Counted from the first letter of the stretch, positions 10,583 through 21,006 are shown. The stretch: 32,000 nucleotides of DNA from Vibrio vulnificus CMCP6 (GCF_000039765.1 NC_004459.3:2986104-3018103), one strand, 5' to 3'. Numbers and translations are program-made. Notes: generated by a model from the letters alone, not told the origin.

Positions 10583-11054
10583 GGCGAAGAACCTTAATGA
10601 TAAAGAGCGTGATGATTGCCCATTCTAAAAACACAATCGATGCCGTTATCAACACGCTGTAACCGTAAGCCACCGCATTGAGTTTATAACCTGCGTAGTA
10701 ACTTAAGCAGCCCCCCAATGCACCTACTGTTAATACGTAAAACGGAGCAAAACGGAGCAAAATTCTTTTCAGTTGATAAGCGTACCAAGCAAAAACTACC
10801 CATAAGCTTAAAAGCCAAACGGGTAAGAAAGTCGACGTGAACTGAAAAATTGAGAGATATTGATTGAGCGAGTCGACTAGGCAGCCGACCACGGCAATCA
10901 ACAGCGTTGGTTTCCAGGTTTTTTGGTCTACTCGGTACTGATACCCCAATGTCATCAAGGCAAAGCAGAGTGTGACCCATTGCCACTGCTCGGTGCCAAT
11001 AACCGCAAGAAACCAAACGAGATTGAACCAAGCAGAGGCGAGAATAAGAGCCAT
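10539..11054 (-). CDS. DUF2878-like integral membrane protein
   Basis: 171 aa, multiple transmembrane segments; overlaps the start of the chalcone isomerase-like gene by 44 nt, indicating co-transcription. Confidence 0.75.
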   Translation of the reverse strand: MALILASAWFNLVWFLAVIGTEQWQWVTLCFALMTLGYQYRVDQKTWKPTLLIAVVGCLVDSLNQYLSIFQFTSTFLPVWLLSLWVVFAWYAYQLKRILLRFAPFYVLTVGALGGCLSYYAGYKLNAVAYGYSVLITASIVFLEWAIITLFIIKVLRHDEKSKLCHSEYVS

Positions 11055-11058
11055 GATA

Positions 11059-12315
11059 CTAGGCTCTTTGAAGCGTCATGTGTACGGTACTGATGCTACG
11101 AGCTAAGAATCCCCCCTCACAATAACTTAGGTAGTAACGCCACATACGAATAAATCGCTCATCATACCCTAGTCTTTTGACTTGCTCTTCAGCGTGGTTA
11201 AAACGTCGGTGCCATTCTTGTAATGTTTTTGCGTAATCCATCCCAATATCAAACAAATCTCTAATCACTAAATCACTGTATTGGGTCGTGGCTTGAGCCA
11301 GTGAAGTCACTGACGGTAAAAATCCCCCCGGGAAAATGTACTTTTGAATAAAATCGACGTTGTTACTGTAATATTCGTAACGTTGGTCGGCGATAGTGAT
11401 CGCTTGTATTGCCATCAAACCACCAGGTTTTAATAATGACTGGCACACCTTGATGTAAGACGGTAAATATTGCTTACCTACCGCCTCTATCATTTCGATA
11501 GAAACCAATTTATCAAACTGCCCAGTTAAATCTCGATAATCTTTCTTCAATAACTGAATACGCTCAGTCAAACCTCTTTCTGCAATCTGTTGTTTTGCGT
11601 AGTCATATTGCTCATCTGAAATCGTCGTGGTTGTCACCCGGCAGCCATAGGTTTCCGCCATGTATATCGCCATTGCCCCCCAACCTGTGCCGATTTCAAT
11701 CACCTCATCACTGGGTTTTAATTGCAATTGCTGACACAAGCGATCCATTTTATTTATTTGTGCTTGCTCTAATGATTCACTATCCGAGTGATAAAGGGCT
11801 GACGAATATAACATTCTCTCATCCAAGAATACTCTGTAGAGGTCATTACCAAGATCATAATGGGCATGAATATTTTTACGCGAGTTTTCCTGCGTATTTC
11901 GATTGCTCCAATGACTGAGTTTGTAAAGCAGTTTGGTGACCCAGCTACTTTGGTTTTCTAATCCATCTAATGCATTCAGATTGAGCGCCATTAATTTCAT
12001 TAACGAAGTTAAATCCGGACTGTCCCACCAACCATCCATATAGGCTTCACCTGCTGCTATACTCCCCCCTCTCAACACACGAGAATAGAAGCCGGGGTGT
12101 TTGACTTCGATTGTTGCGCTAATGGCCACACCCGGCTTGTGATTGTGTGCCCCTACAAAGCGTTCACTACGCTCTTGAGAGTCACTTTGAAAACTTTCAA
12201 TGACCGTCAAAGTGCCGATTTCCATACGCTGTAAGCACTTAAATATCAGAGTCCTAGCCGCCTTTTGTGCTGTAGATAATGGAGAGGTAAATGCCATCGA
12301 AGAAGTATTTAACAT
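11059..12315 (-). CDS. Cyclopropane-fatty-acyl-phospholipid synthase family SAM methyltransferase
   Basis: 418 aa; HYDLGNDLYRVFLDERMLYSSALY, VIEIGTGWGAMAIYMAE, SIEMIEAVGKQYLPSYI motifs of the CFA synthase family. Confidence 0.93.
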   Translation of the reverse strand: MLNTSSMAFTSPLSTAQKAARTLIFKCLQRMEIGTLTVIESFQSDSQERSERFVGAHNHKPGVAISATIEVKHPGFYSRVLRGGSIAAGEAYMDGWWDSPDLTSLMKLMALNLNALDGLENQSSWVTKLLYKLSHWSNRNTQENSRKNIHAHYDLGNDLYRVFLDERMLYSSALYHSDSESLEQAQINKMDRLCQQLQLKPSDEVIEIGTGWGAMAIYMAETYGCRVTTTTISDEQYDYAKQQIAERGLTERIQLLKKDYRDLTGQFDKLVSIEMIEAVGKQYLPSYIKVCQSLLKPGGLMAIQAITIADQRYEYYSNNVDFIQKYIFPGGFLPSVTSLAQATTQYSDLVIRDLFDIGMDYAKTLQEWHRRFNHAEEQVKRLGYDERFIRMWRYYLSYCEGGFLARSISTVHMTLQRA

Positions 12316-12350
12316 GCAGAATTCTCCCTAAATTTATTATTCTTCACAGT

Positions 12351-13124
12351 TTAGTTGTTATTCTCAGTCCGGTTGGCTGGAGAGCGGTATTTGGGATGCG
12401 AGTAAAATGGTGCACCTTTTTTCCATAATTTGAACGCATGCCAGTAAATCCCTACCAACACTTTTACTGTTTGAATAGGCGTTACGATCAGTCGTTTTAG
12501 CAGATTGCTACTAGAAAATGGCTCTGCACTCATCGCCATGGTGGCATCAAACTGTTTATTTTCTTTGTGGCATTCCAAATGAATATGTAACTTTTCACTG
12601 AGCGGTTTAAGTCGCCAAATATAAGACTGTTCAATGGGGTTAAAGGGTGAAACGTGAAATGCTTTGGTTTGTTTCCAGCCAAAAGACGAGTCATGTTCAT
12701 CCGCAGAAATAGCGTAATAATGACGCTCATTCCAAGGAGTGTTACTCACTTCCGCCAGTAAATAGCGCCAGTGCTCTTTCTCATCAAAAACGTAGTAGAA
12801 ATTAACCGGGCTAAAGTAGAGCCCAAGATAGCGGAGGTGGCACACCGCGATAACCCTACCGCTGACTGACTCCCCGGTGAGCTCTGTGATTTTCTCTTGC
12901 ACTGCGCGTTTGAGGCAGCCCTTCCCTACATAGTCGCTGCGTTTAAATCGCGCCCAATGCCACCAGCGAGTGCCAAACCCCCACACTTCTTTTTCAAGCT
13001 GCGTTAACTCGTCCAAATCGATCGCTGGCATGAACAATTGATAATTCAAACTATGCTCTACTGGGGTAAAGCGGCGGTGCCGAACATTACCCACAAACAG
13101 ACGACTACTGATGGCCATGTTCAC
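12351..13124 (-). CDS. DUF1365 family protein
   Basis: 257 aa; RLFVGNVRHRRFTPVEHSLNYQLFMPAIDLDEL and NPVSFYYVF-type motif (FSPVNFYYVFDEKEHWRYLLAEVSNTPWNERH); 4-nt overlap with upstream gene. Confidence 0.9.
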   Translation of the reverse strand: MNMAISSRLFVGNVRHRRFTPVEHSLNYQLFMPAIDLDELTQLEKEVWGFGTRWWHWARFKRSDYVGKGCLKRAVQEKITELTGESVSGRVIAVCHLRYLGLYFSPVNFYYVFDEKEHWRYLLAEVSNTPWNERHYYAISADEHDSSFGWKQTKAFHVSPFNPIEQSYIWRLKPLSEKLHIHLECHKENKQFDATMAMSAEPFSSSNLLKRLIVTPIQTVKVLVGIYWHAFKLWKKGAPFYSHPKYRSPANRTENNN

Positions 13125-14413
13125 GCCGCCCCTTGGTGAAAAGAAGTCGCCTCTTCTTTCGCGTGCACAAGGTTGATGCCTCGCACCACATCCAAGGCGC
13201 TGCGAACGCCATCTTCATGGAATCCGTTGTACCAATACGCACCGCAAAACCATGTGTGATTTCGCCCTTGAATGTCATCTCGTCTCTGCTGTGCCGCGAT
13301 CGACTCTGTGGTAAATACCGGATGGTGGTAAACAAACTTACGGATAACTTTGTCTTCGTCTATCTTGTCGCTGCTATTGAGCGTCACGCAAAACGTATGT
13401 TCTGCTTCAATGTGCTGGAGAATGTTCATGTTGTAGGTTAACGAAGGTAAGCGTGTGTCTTCTCCTTCCTTACCATCGAGTAAATAGTTCCACGATGCCC
13501 ACGCAGCCTTTCTGCGAGGCAGCAAGCTGTCATCTGTATGCAAAACAACCTCGTTGGCTTGATATGCCATACGCGACAAAATCGAGGCTTCATCACAGGA
13601 AGCATCCTCCAATAGCGACCTCGCTTGATCGCTGTGACAGGCAAAAATAACGTGATCAAAACGTTGTGCTGCTCCTGCAACATATAATGTGACACCCGTT
13701 GAGTCGCGGATCACTTTTTCAACTGGACAGTTCAAACGAATACGATCAGAGAAGCCCTTCGTTAATGGCGGGATGTAAGCTTTTGAGCCACCATCAATCA
13801 CGTACCACTGTGGTCGGTTGGTAACATCAAGAAGGCCATGATTGAGAAAGAAACGTAGAAAAAACGTAAGAGGGAAAGCACGCATATCCGCTAAGGTCGA
13901 TGACCAAATCGCAGCCCCCATTGGCAAGATATAGTTGTCGCTAAAATAGTCACTAAAGCCATGCGTATCTAAGAACTCCCCAAGTGTTTGTTGGGCAATG
14001 TGGTCATGGTGCGCAGACGCTTTTGCCAGTTTGTTAAAGCGCAGGATTTCAAAAATAAAACCGTAGAACTGCGGTTTAAACCAGTTCCTTTTTTGAGCAA
14101 ACAGTGTCGCCAGCGTGTGGCCATTGTACTCAAGTCCATTGCTGTCATTGCGAACACTAAAGCTCATTTGGGTTGCACGCCCAGTCACGCCAATTTCATC
14201 CATCATATTGATGAAATTGGGGTAGGTTCGATCGTTATAGACGATGAACCCCGTATCGACTGAGTAGTCTTTACCGTTGAGTGCAAAATCGATCGTCGCC
14301 GTATGCCCTCCAATGTAATCATTGGCTTCAAACAGTGTAATGTCATGCGCTTTGTGCAGATGGTAGCCACATGTTAATCCGGAGATGCCTGTACCTATTA
14401 TTGCAATTTTCAT
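13121..14413 (-). CDS. FAD/NAD(P)-binding oxidoreductase (amine-oxidase-like)
   Basis: 430 aa; MKIAIIGTGISGLTCGYHLHKAHDITLFEANDYIGGHT Rossmann FAD-binding motif; VDTGFIVYNDRTYPNF typical of the subfamily paired with DUF1365 and CFAS. Confidence 0.92.
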   Translation of the reverse strand: MKIAIIGTGISGLTCGYHLHKAHDITLFEANDYIGGHTATIDFALNGKDYSVDTGFIVYNDRTYPNFINMMDEIGVTGRATQMSFSVRNDSNGLEYNGHTLATLFAQKRNWFKPQFYGFIFEILRFNKLAKASAHHDHIAQQTLGEFLDTHGFSDYFSDNYILPMGAAIWSSTLADMRAFPLTFFLRFFLNHGLLDVTNRPQWYVIDGGSKAYIPPLTKGFSDRIRLNCPVEKVIRDSTGVTLYVAGAAQRFDHVIFACHSDQARSLLEDASCDEASILSRMAYQANEVVLHTDDSLLPRRKAAWASWNYLLDGKEGEDTRLPSLTYNMNILQHIEAEHTFCVTLNSSDKIDEDKVIRKFVYHHPVFTTESIAAQQRRDDIQGRNHTWFCGAYWYNGFHEDGVRSALDVVRGINLVHAKEEATSFHQGAA

Positions 14414-14429
14414 ACATTATCCTTTGAAT

Positions 14430-15155
14430 TTATTGGGCAATTAATTTTGAAGCTAACGCCTTCTGCCAACGGTAAGGCAGTAACGCAAGTAACCGAATAA
14501 GAGCGGTAAACCGAGCGGGAAAATAGATGTGCTGCTTCCCGGATGCCAATTGTTGCCGAATCGCCTTTGAGGCTTGTTCAACCGTGATGATCATCGGCAT
14601 TGCAAACGTATTTTTGTCCGTCAGCGGAGTGGCAACAAAACCAGGAAAGACAGTGACAACATCAATGCCCTTGGCTTGAAGATTGAGCGACAAGCTACGC
14701 GCAAAATACCCAATCGCGGCCTTAGACGCGCCATACGCTTCCGCTCTTGGCAGGGCGAGTTCCGAAGCAATAGAACCGACAATCACCACCTTGTGTCCAG
14801 GTTGAAAATGGGTTTGGCTGGCCTCGATACAGTTCACCACACCAAAAACATTGACGCTGAACACACGTTGCATCAATTGGGCATCAACGATGCCATCGTC
14901 CATGTATTCACAATCACCGGCGTTAAATATCCAAACGTTTGGAATAAAGGGCAGCACCGATAATGCCTCTCGCGTTTGCTGGTAATCCGTGACATCAAAA
15001 CTGATCGTTGCTATGGCGGGGGAATAATCTTCTAGCTCTTGGAGAACCTGACGATTGCGTCCGCATGCAATCACTTTTGCACCTGCATCAGCAAAATCTT
15101 TCGCTAGCTGCTTGCCGATCCCCGATGTCGCACCGGTAATGAGCACTGAGTTCAT
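14430..15155 (-). CDS. SDR-family short-chain dehydrogenase/reductase
   Basis: 241 aa; MNSVLITGATSGIGKQLAKDFADAGAKVIACGRN; YGASKAAIGYFARSL catalytic motif. Confidence 0.92.
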   Translation of the reverse strand: MNSVLITGATSGIGKQLAKDFADAGAKVIACGRNRQVLQELEDYSPAIATISFDVTDYQQTREALSVLPFIPNVWIFNAGDCEYMDDGIVDAQLMQRVFSVNVFGVVNCIEASQTHFQPGHKVVIVGSIASELALPRAEAYGASKAAIGYFARSLSLNLQAKGIDVVTVFPGFVATPLTDKNTFAMPMIITVEQASKAIRQQLASGKQHIYFPARFTALIRLLALLPYRWQKALASKLIAQ

Positions 15156-15571
15156 TGCCCTAACCTCTGCTTTATGGCCCGAATGATCCCACCCAGTAAC
15201 GGAAGGTTTTCATAGAGCATTTCGCCAAGGTCAAAATAGTCGCGGTGGTAAATCACCTTCCCCGCTTCAAATTTGAGGTGTGAAACGCCTTTAACCTCGA
15301 CACTGGCCCCTTTTTTGAGTTTGGGATGCTGTAACGTCATCGTCCAAGTAAGAAAGCCTACATTGTCGATTTGGTGCTGCTCATGAATATCGAAACGGCA
15401 GTCAACCACGTTTTCATAAAGATTGGTAAAGTAAAGCTCCAACGCTTGCCAACCCTCTAAGCGATGTGCAGCATCCTCAAACACGACGTTTCTATGATAT
15501 ACATCCGCCAGTAAGTGAAGATTGTCTTTATTCAGTGCTCGGTACACATTACCGACCTTCATCGCGTCCAT
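15152..15571 (-). CDS. Nuclear transport factor 2 / SnoaL-like protein
   Basis: 139 aa; NLHLLADVYHRNVVFEDAAHRLEGWQALELYFTNLYENV SnoaL-like pattern; ATGA overlap with the SDR gene. Confidence 0.88.
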   Translation of the reverse strand: MDAMKVGNVYRALNKDNLHLLADVYHRNVVFEDAAHRLEGWQALELYFTNLYENVVDCRFDIHEQHQIDNVGFLTWTMTLQHPKLKKGASVEVKGVSHLKFEAGKVIYHRDYFDLGEMLYENLPLLGGIIRAIKQRLGQ

Positions 15572-15673
15572 ATTTCCCTTGTTCCATGGTTAAAGTGTTT
15601 TAAAAACAGTCACATTTAAAACATAGACTAGTGTAAGCAGTTATACCGATTGTTTTTTTGTATAACTTCTACT

Positions 15674-15701
15674 GAATACGAGAGGGGAAAAATTTGGATC
15701 A
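15674..15701 (-). promoter_or_regulatory. Candidate ECF sigmaE (ChrR-type, group ECF11-like) promoter for the 8-gene operon
   Basis: Minus strand reads TGATCC (15696-15701) - 15 nt - CGTATTC (15674-15680), about 100 nt upstream of the first operon gene. Confidence 0.5.
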
Positions 15702-15710
15702 CTCAAAACG

Positions 15711-15745
15711 AAAAAAGCCCAGAGAGAGTTCTCCAGGCTTTCTGT
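15711..15745 (-). terminator. Rho-independent terminator downstream of htpX
   Basis: Minus strand GAAAGCCTGGAGAACTCTCTCTGGGCTTTTTTCG: imperfect stem plus T-run. Confidence 0.7.
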
Positions 15746-15811
15746 TTCGAATCCAATTCGCTGATGAGTTGACTCACCTTTGCATCGATTCGCGATTCAC
15801 TTGTCGCATCA

Positions 15812-16690
15812 TTAGAAATTGCGAAGGGCAGCGATACGCTTATCGAGTGGCGGGTGGCTCATAAGCAGTTCCGTTAGAGATTGCTTACCGTTGATACCAA
15901 ATGCCATCATGGTGCCATCCAGTTTTGATTCTTGGCTCATTTTTAGACGCTCTAGAGCCGCTATCATTTTCTCTTTACCAACTAGACGGGCGGCTCCCGC
16001 ATCGGCATGGAATTCACGATGACGGCTATACCACATGGTGATGAAGCTCGCGAGGAAACCAAACACCAGCTCAAGCGCGATAGAAACCGCGAAATACACC
16101 ATCATGTTTGAACCTTCACCTTCTTCATCGCTGTTATTAGAAGCCACCATGTTGGCAATAAAGCGAGACAAGAAGATAACGAAGGTGTTCACAACACCCT
16201 GCATCAACGTCATGGTCACCATGTCACCATTGGCGATATGGCTCACCTCATGCGCCAGCACCGCTTCTGCTTCATCACGTGTCATGTTGTGCAGCAGACC
16301 CGTAGAAACCGCGACCAGCGAATCGTCACGCTTTGCCCCAGTTGCAAACGCGTTGATATCCGGCGAATCATAAATGGCAACGGTTGGCATACCAATGCCC
16401 GCTTGCTGAGCTTGGCGACTCACCGTTTCCAATAACCAGTGCTCTGTCTCGTTACGAGGGCTCTCGATCACCATTCCACCGACAGAGCGTAGTGCCATTC
16501 CCTTTGACATCATCAAGGAGATAAATGCACCACCAAAACCAAATACCGCAGCCATCACCAATAAACCTGAGAGGCTTCCTGGCTGCATTCCAGTTACAGC
16601 ATAAACAATGTTCAACACAACGCTGAGGACTAGAACCACAGCTAGGTTGGTAATTAAAAACACATGACTCGCTTCATTACTTTTCTCCAA
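15812..16690 (-). CDS. htpX: Heat-shock membrane zinc protease HtpX
   Basis: 292 aa; two N-terminal TM helices and [19 protein letters not shown] zinc-binding HEXXH motif. Confidence 0.97.
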   Translation of the reverse strand: MEKSNEASHVFLITNLAVVLVLSVVLNIVYAVTGMQPGSLSGLLVMAAVFGFGGAFISLMMSKGMALRSVGGMVIESPRNETEHWLLETVSRQAQQAGIGMPTVAIYDSPDINAFATGAKRDDSLVAVSTGLLHNMTRDEAEAVLAHEVSHIANGDMVTMTLMQGVVNTFVIFLSRFIANMVASNNSDEEGEGSNMMVYFAVSIALELVFGFLASFITMWYSRHREFHADAGAARLVGKEKMIAALERLKMSQESKLDGTMMAFGINGKQSLTELLMSHPPLDKRIAALRNF

Positions 16691-17029
16691 AGAAGCTTAT
16701 TTATATTGATAGCCAGTTGAGCTGGCCTCTTTTGCTAATAGATATAGTCTAATTTGTTTAAAAACAAGGTTAAGTGATAAATTGCAACATTTGTTTACCA
16801 AGATGCTTATCTGTTAGAAATCAACACCATCGAATTTCTCTGCATCGTTTTGTTTCAAACGTCCTCTCACACGTTAGACTTTTGTCTTATTGTGCTTATT
16901 CGGCTTCGTGCTATTTTCAATGTCAGATATTCAATACTGCTCTGAACTAGGTCGAATCGTCTTATCTGTGCCAATGAAAAGCGTTTCAAACAGAGCAGAA
17001 ATAAACCCATGTTAACAAAGGACATGATC

Positions 17030-17197
17030 ATGGTAGAAGCTAACAACTATCAAATGGCTATTGATTTATTGTGCTGTCACCTAGGGATTTCTGAAGAAGA
17101 GGCAAAACAGCAGCTCGGCATTTCAACTGAGCAGCAAGTTGCAAAGCAAATCTCGGATACTCAACAGGCGCTTATGGGCTTAGTTCAAGACAAATAA
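17030..17197 (+). CDS. Small hypothetical protein (about 55 aa)
   Basis: ORF 17009..17197; AAAGGA Shine-Dalgarno best supports an ATG at 17030 giving MVEANNYQMAIDLLCCHLGISEEEAKQQLGIST; followed by a strong terminator. Confidence 0.65.
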   Translation: MVEANNYQMAIDLLCCHLGISEEEAKQQLGISTEQQVAKQISDTQQALMGLVQDK

Positions 17198-17215
17198 GCG
17201 CAAGACCTGATAAAG

Positions 17216-17242
17216 AAAGGGCTGCCAACGGCAGCCCTTTTG
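17216..17242. terminator. Rho-independent terminator between the small ORF and bioD
   Basis: AAAGGGCTGCC-AAC-GGCAGCCCTTTT. Confidence 0.88.
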
Positions 17243-17247
17243 ATGTT

Positions 17248-17928
17248 TTAAAGCTCGAGTAACACATCCGCATTGATGTATTTACCGAGGTCTTTACGCT
17301 TGGCGCTTGGGATATAAGGAATTTCGCCCAGCTTTGGAACCTCCAAGCGCTCTTCCAACATATCAATGATCTCTGCGTAGTGCTCTGTGCCAGGATTCAC
17401 TCGATTAGCAACCCATCCGACCAAATTAAGGCCATCGGCTTTGATCACTTCAGCGGTCAGTAAGGCGTGGCTGAGGCAACCCAATTTGATGCCAACAACC
17501 AACACAACAGGCAGATCTTCTTGCTTAACCCAAGTAGACAGGCTGTCAGTGTCTGACACTGGAACTCGCCAACCACCCGCACCTTCAACAAGCACGACGT
17601 CTGCATTCTCTTTGTGCTGCGCAAGTTTGCGGCTCAGCACAGCATAGTCAATTTCTACTTTTTCATGTTTTGCCGCAATGTGCGGAGACGCTGGCAACTC
17701 GAGGGCATATGGATTGATGTCCTCGTAATCAACGGCCACTGTCGCCGCTTTCTGCAGGTGCAAGGCATCTGAATTACGCCAACCTTCTGGCGTTTTATCG
17801 CTGCCTGCCGCTACTGGTTTATAACCAATAGTACGTAGATCTTTGGCCGCTAATGCGTGAAGAATCGCTTTAGATGCCACGGTTTTGCCCACATCGGTAT
17901 CCGTACCTGCAATGAAAAATGCTTTCAT
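17248..17928 (-). CDS. bioD: Dethiobiotin synthetase
   Basis: ORF 17248..17952, likely start [26 protein letters not shown] (P-loop); [12 protein letters not shown]. Confidence 0.96.
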   Translation of the reverse strand: MKAFFIAGTDTDVGKTVASKAILHALAAKDLRTIGYKPVAAGSDKTPEGWRNSDALHLQKAATVAVDYEDINPYALELPASPHIAAKHEKVEIDYAVLSRKLAQHKENADVVLVEGAGGWRVPVSDTDSLSTWVKQEDLPVVLVVGIKLGCLSHALLTAEVIKADGLNLVGWVANRVNPGTEHYAEIIDMLEERLEVPKLGEIPYIPSAKRKDLGKYINADVLLEL

Positions 17929-18737
17929 CATAACTGTATAACCCCTAAACAAACCTTATAACTTGCCGGTACATGACCTAGATGGTTCTGAAATGTCTGG
18001 TACTCTCTTTCCACTCGTTTTAACGCTTGTCTTGTCGTTAAACCATGTGAGCGCCCGCTTACATGGTTCGCACCTATACCCTTAAGATCACGCATAACAG
18101 CAAACGCAGACTCGTACCAGACTGTGATATCGGTCAAGTCTAGATGATGGTTATGACTATGAGATTGCGCTAACGCAATTTTTACCTGATTGGCAGAGAT
18201 AAAACGGTTGACGTGTTGATATGAGTCAATTTTTGCCCAGGCTTGCTTTAGCTCATTGAGTGAGCCATCCAGTAATGTGGAAAACAACACTTGGCCATGC
18301 GGTTTTACAACACGGTTCATTTCACGTAAAGGCCGCGATAAATCCTCGCACCATTGCAAGGCTAAGCTACTGAAGACAATGTCAAACTCATCACGTTCGA
18401 ATGGCAAAGACTCCGCATCGGCAACGCGATACGACACCGACTCTAGCCCACAACGGGCCTTTGCCTGCTCAAGCATCTCATGCGATAAGTCGGCACATAC
18501 GACTTCAGCGCCTCGTTGCAAAAGTTGCCACGAGAAATACCCCGTGCCACAACCAAGATCCAAAACACGCAAGCCCGATAAATCTTGGGGCAGTTTATCT
18601 AATAACTTATGTCCAACTTCTCGTTGAAATGCCGCATGCTGGTCATAGCTTTTAGCCGCCTTACCGAATGCTTGAGCAATAGCCAGCTTATCCACATACG
18701 CTTCCTCCGCAGTAAAGGATACCTTAGCCATTTCCAT
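17928..18737 (-). CDS. bioC: Malonyl-ACP O-methyltransferase BioC
   Basis: [50 protein letters not shown]; [15 protein letters not shown] motif; between bioF and bioD. Confidence 0.95.
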   Translation of the reverse strand: MEMAKVSFTAEEAYVDKLAIAQAFGKAAKSYDQHAAFQREVGHKLLDKLPQDLSGLRVLDLGCGTGYFSWQLLQRGAEVVCADLSHEMLEQAKARCGLESVSYRVADAESLPFERDEFDIVFSSLALQWCEDLSRPLREMNRVVKPHGQVLFSTLLDGSLNELKQAWAKIDSYQHVNRFISANQVKIALAQSHSHNHHLDLTDITVWYESAFAVMRDLKGIGANHVSGRSHGLTTRQALKRVEREYQTFQNHLGHVPASYKVCLGVIQL

Positions 18738-19894
18738 TAGTGCTCTCCTGTAACTGTCAGCAGTACTTGTGCCAGTGTGTGCATCTGTTCTTTTGTGTGA
18801 TTAGCAGACAACGTGATTCTTAGGCGTGCCGTGTTTTGGGGTACCGTCGGCGGACGAATCGCTGTCAACCAAATGCCTTGCTCTCGGCAACGCTGTGCAA
18901 CCATCACGGCTTGTTGTGTCTCTCCAATAAGCCACGGTTTGATCGGCGTTTGAGTGGCCACAAAACTATCGTGCTCCCCCAAATATTCCGCAAAAAGGGT
19001 TTGTAGCTCATTAAGCTTGTCTCGTCGCCACTGCTGCGTTCGAATCATCTCCACTGCATGCGTCAACGCGAAAGCTTGTGCAGGAGGAAGCGCGGTAGAG
19101 TAAACGTGGTGACGAGCAAATTGAGCAAGGAAATCACCGCTGGATTTATCCGTTAGAAGTGCAGCCCCCGATAAGCCGAAAGCTTTACCAAAGGTGACCA
19201 CCAAAAAATCTGGCTTCACACTAGCGAGCGCACAGCTTCCGCGACCTTCTTCACCGAGCACGCCAACACCATGCGCATCGTCCACCATTAAGCTCGCCGA
19301 ATGGCGTTGGGTGAGCGCGTGCATTTCAGCCAATGGTGAACAATCACCATCCATGCTAAATACGCCTTCCGTCACCACCAAACTTGGGCAATCAGATCGG
19401 TTTAAAATCGTATCTAGTGCTTTAAGATCATTATGCTTAAATCGCTTCATGGTAGCAGGAGACAAAAGCCCCGCCTCGATTAAAGAAGCGTGATTTAATT
19501 TGTCTTGCACTAGGAGATCGCCTTTTTCAAGCAGTGCAAACAACAACGCTTGATTGGCCGAAAATCCCGATCCAAACAAAGTGGCACTTTCATACCCTAG
19601 CCAATCGCATAAGGAAGCCGCGAGATTACTGTGCGCAGGCGTGTAGCCCGTCACCAATGGAGATGCCCCGCTGCCACAACCATATAAACTCAAACCCTGC
19701 TGCCAAGCTCGAACTAAAGATTGATCGTTCGCCAACCCCAAATAGTCGTTGGCAGAAAAATTGAGATAGCGCTTCCCTTGATGTTCTAAAACCGTTTGAT
19801 TTCCCGAGAAAATCACTTCACTTTGGCGACTCAAGCCCTGTTCACGTCTCTGCTTCAGGGCTTGCGCGATTCTTTCGTTAAAGGCTTGCGTCAT
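18737..19894 (-). CDS. bioF: 8-amino-7-oxononanoate synthase
   Basis: 385 aa; [16 protein letters not shown] and [15 protein letters not shown] enzyme motifs. Confidence 0.96.
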   Translation of the reverse strand: MTQAFNERIAQALKQRREQGLSRQSEVIFSGNQTVLEHQGKRYLNFSANDYLGLANDQSLVRAWQQGLSLYGCGSGASPLVTGYTPAHSNLAASLCDWLGYESATLFGSGFSANQALLFALLEKGDLLVQDKLNHASLIEAGLLSPATMKRFKHNDLKALDTILNRSDCPSLVVTEGVFSMDGDCSPLAEMHALTQRHSASLMVDDAHGVGVLGEEGRGSCALASVKPDFLVVTFGKAFGLSGAALLTDKSSGDFLAQFARHHVYSTALPPAQAFALTHAVEMIRTQQWRRDKLNELQTLFAEYLGEHDSFVATQTPIKPWLIGETQQAVMVAQRCREQGIWLTAIRPPTVPQNTARLRITLSANHTKEQMHTLAQVLLTVTGEH

Positions 19895-20930
19895 AAAACA
19901 GATCGTCTTTTGTTGGGCGAGCAGCCACGCTTTCGACTACGCGATCTAACAATTCGTTTTCTGTAATTTCATCAGGTTTTTGTGAGACTTGCTGACTGTT
20001 AATACCCAGCTTGTTAAACAGCTGCATGTCTTTATCTTCGGAAGGGTTTGGTGTTGTGAGCAGCTTACAGCCGTAAAAGATTGAATTGGCGCCCGCCATA
20101 AAACACAAGGTTTGCATTTGCTCATTCATGTTTTCACGCCCTGCCGACAAACGAACGGCTGAGGTCGGCATCATAATACGAGCAACGGCGATTAGGCGGA
20201 TGAAATCAAACGGGTCAACCTCTTCAGCCGTTTCTAAAGGTGTCCCTTTCACCTTAACCAGCATGTTGATAGGAACACTTTCTGGATGCGTAGGCAGATT
20301 GGCCAACTCAACAAGCAACCCAGCGCGGTCATTCGCGCTTTCCCCCATACCGATGATACCGCCAGAGCAGATCTTCATGCCTGCGTCACGGACATGAGAT
20401 AAGGTATCTAGGCGATCTTGATAAGTGCGTGTGGTAATAATGTTACCGTAATACTCCGGTGAGGTATCGAGGTTGTGGTTGTAATAATCCAAACCCGCGC
20501 TTGCCAGTTGCTTAGCTTGTTCTGGGGTTAACATGCCCAGAGTCATACAGGTTTCCAGCCCCATATCTTTGACGCCTTTGATCATGTCAGTCAGCAGCGG
20601 CATGTCGCGTTCTTTCGGATTCTTCCAAGCTGCTCCCATACAAAAACGAGTCGAACCGGCATTTTTGGCCTTTTGCGCGGCATCCAGAACACGCTCCACT
20701 TCCATTAATCGCTCTTTTTCAACATCCGTTTGATAACGAGCGCTTTGCGGGCAGTATTTGCAATCTTCTGGACAAGCACCGGTTTTAATCGAAAGCAAGG
20801 TACTCACTTGCACATAGTTCTTAGGGTGGTATTGACGATGAACTTGCTGCGCTTCAAACAACAAATCCATAAAAGGCATTTCCATCAACTCACGAACTTG
20901 CGCATGAGTCCAGTTATGACGTACTTCCAC
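19878..20930 (-). CDS. bioB: Biotin synthase
   Basis: ORF runs to 21023 but likely GTG start at 20930 gives (V/M)[24 protein letters not shown]; radical SAM motif [10 protein letters not shown]. Confidence 0.96.
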   Translation of the reverse strand: MEVRHNWTHAQVRELMEMPFMDLLFEAQQVHRQYHPKNYVQVSTLLSIKTGACPEDCKYCPQSARYQTDVEKERLMEVERVLDAAQKAKNAGSTRFCMGAAWKNPKERDMPLLTDMIKGVKDMGLETCMTLGMLTPEQAKQLASAGLDYYNHNLDTSPEYYGNIITTRTYQDRLDTLSHVRDAGMKICSGGIIGMGESANDRAGLLVELANLPTHPESVPINMLVKVKGTPLETAEEVDPFDFIRLIAVARIMMPTSAVRLSAGRENMNEQMQTLCFMAGANSIFYGCKLLTTPNPSEDKDMQLFNKLGINSQQVSQKPDEITENELLDRVVESVAARPTKDDLFYDASL

Positions 20931-20971
20931 GTGTATTCCTTGCGTAATAGTTAACTTGCTATTTTTGTTCT

Positions 20972-21006
20972 GTTGACAGTCTACCGAGTCCCGATAAACT
21001 GTCAAC
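20972..21006. promoter_or_regulatory. bioA/bioB divergent control region: face-to-face promoters within an inverted repeat (candidate BirA-type operator)
   Basis: GTTGACAGT-N17-ACTGTCAAC inverted repeat; plus strand TTGACA-N16-TAAACT toward bioA; minus strand TTGACA-N16-TAGACT toward bioB. Confidence 0.6.

Noticed and set aside
16691-17008. Intergenic region upstream of htpX checked for an RNA gene or mobile element
   Set aside because: AT-rich with no strong hairpin, tRNA-like cloverleaf or terminal repeats that I can support.
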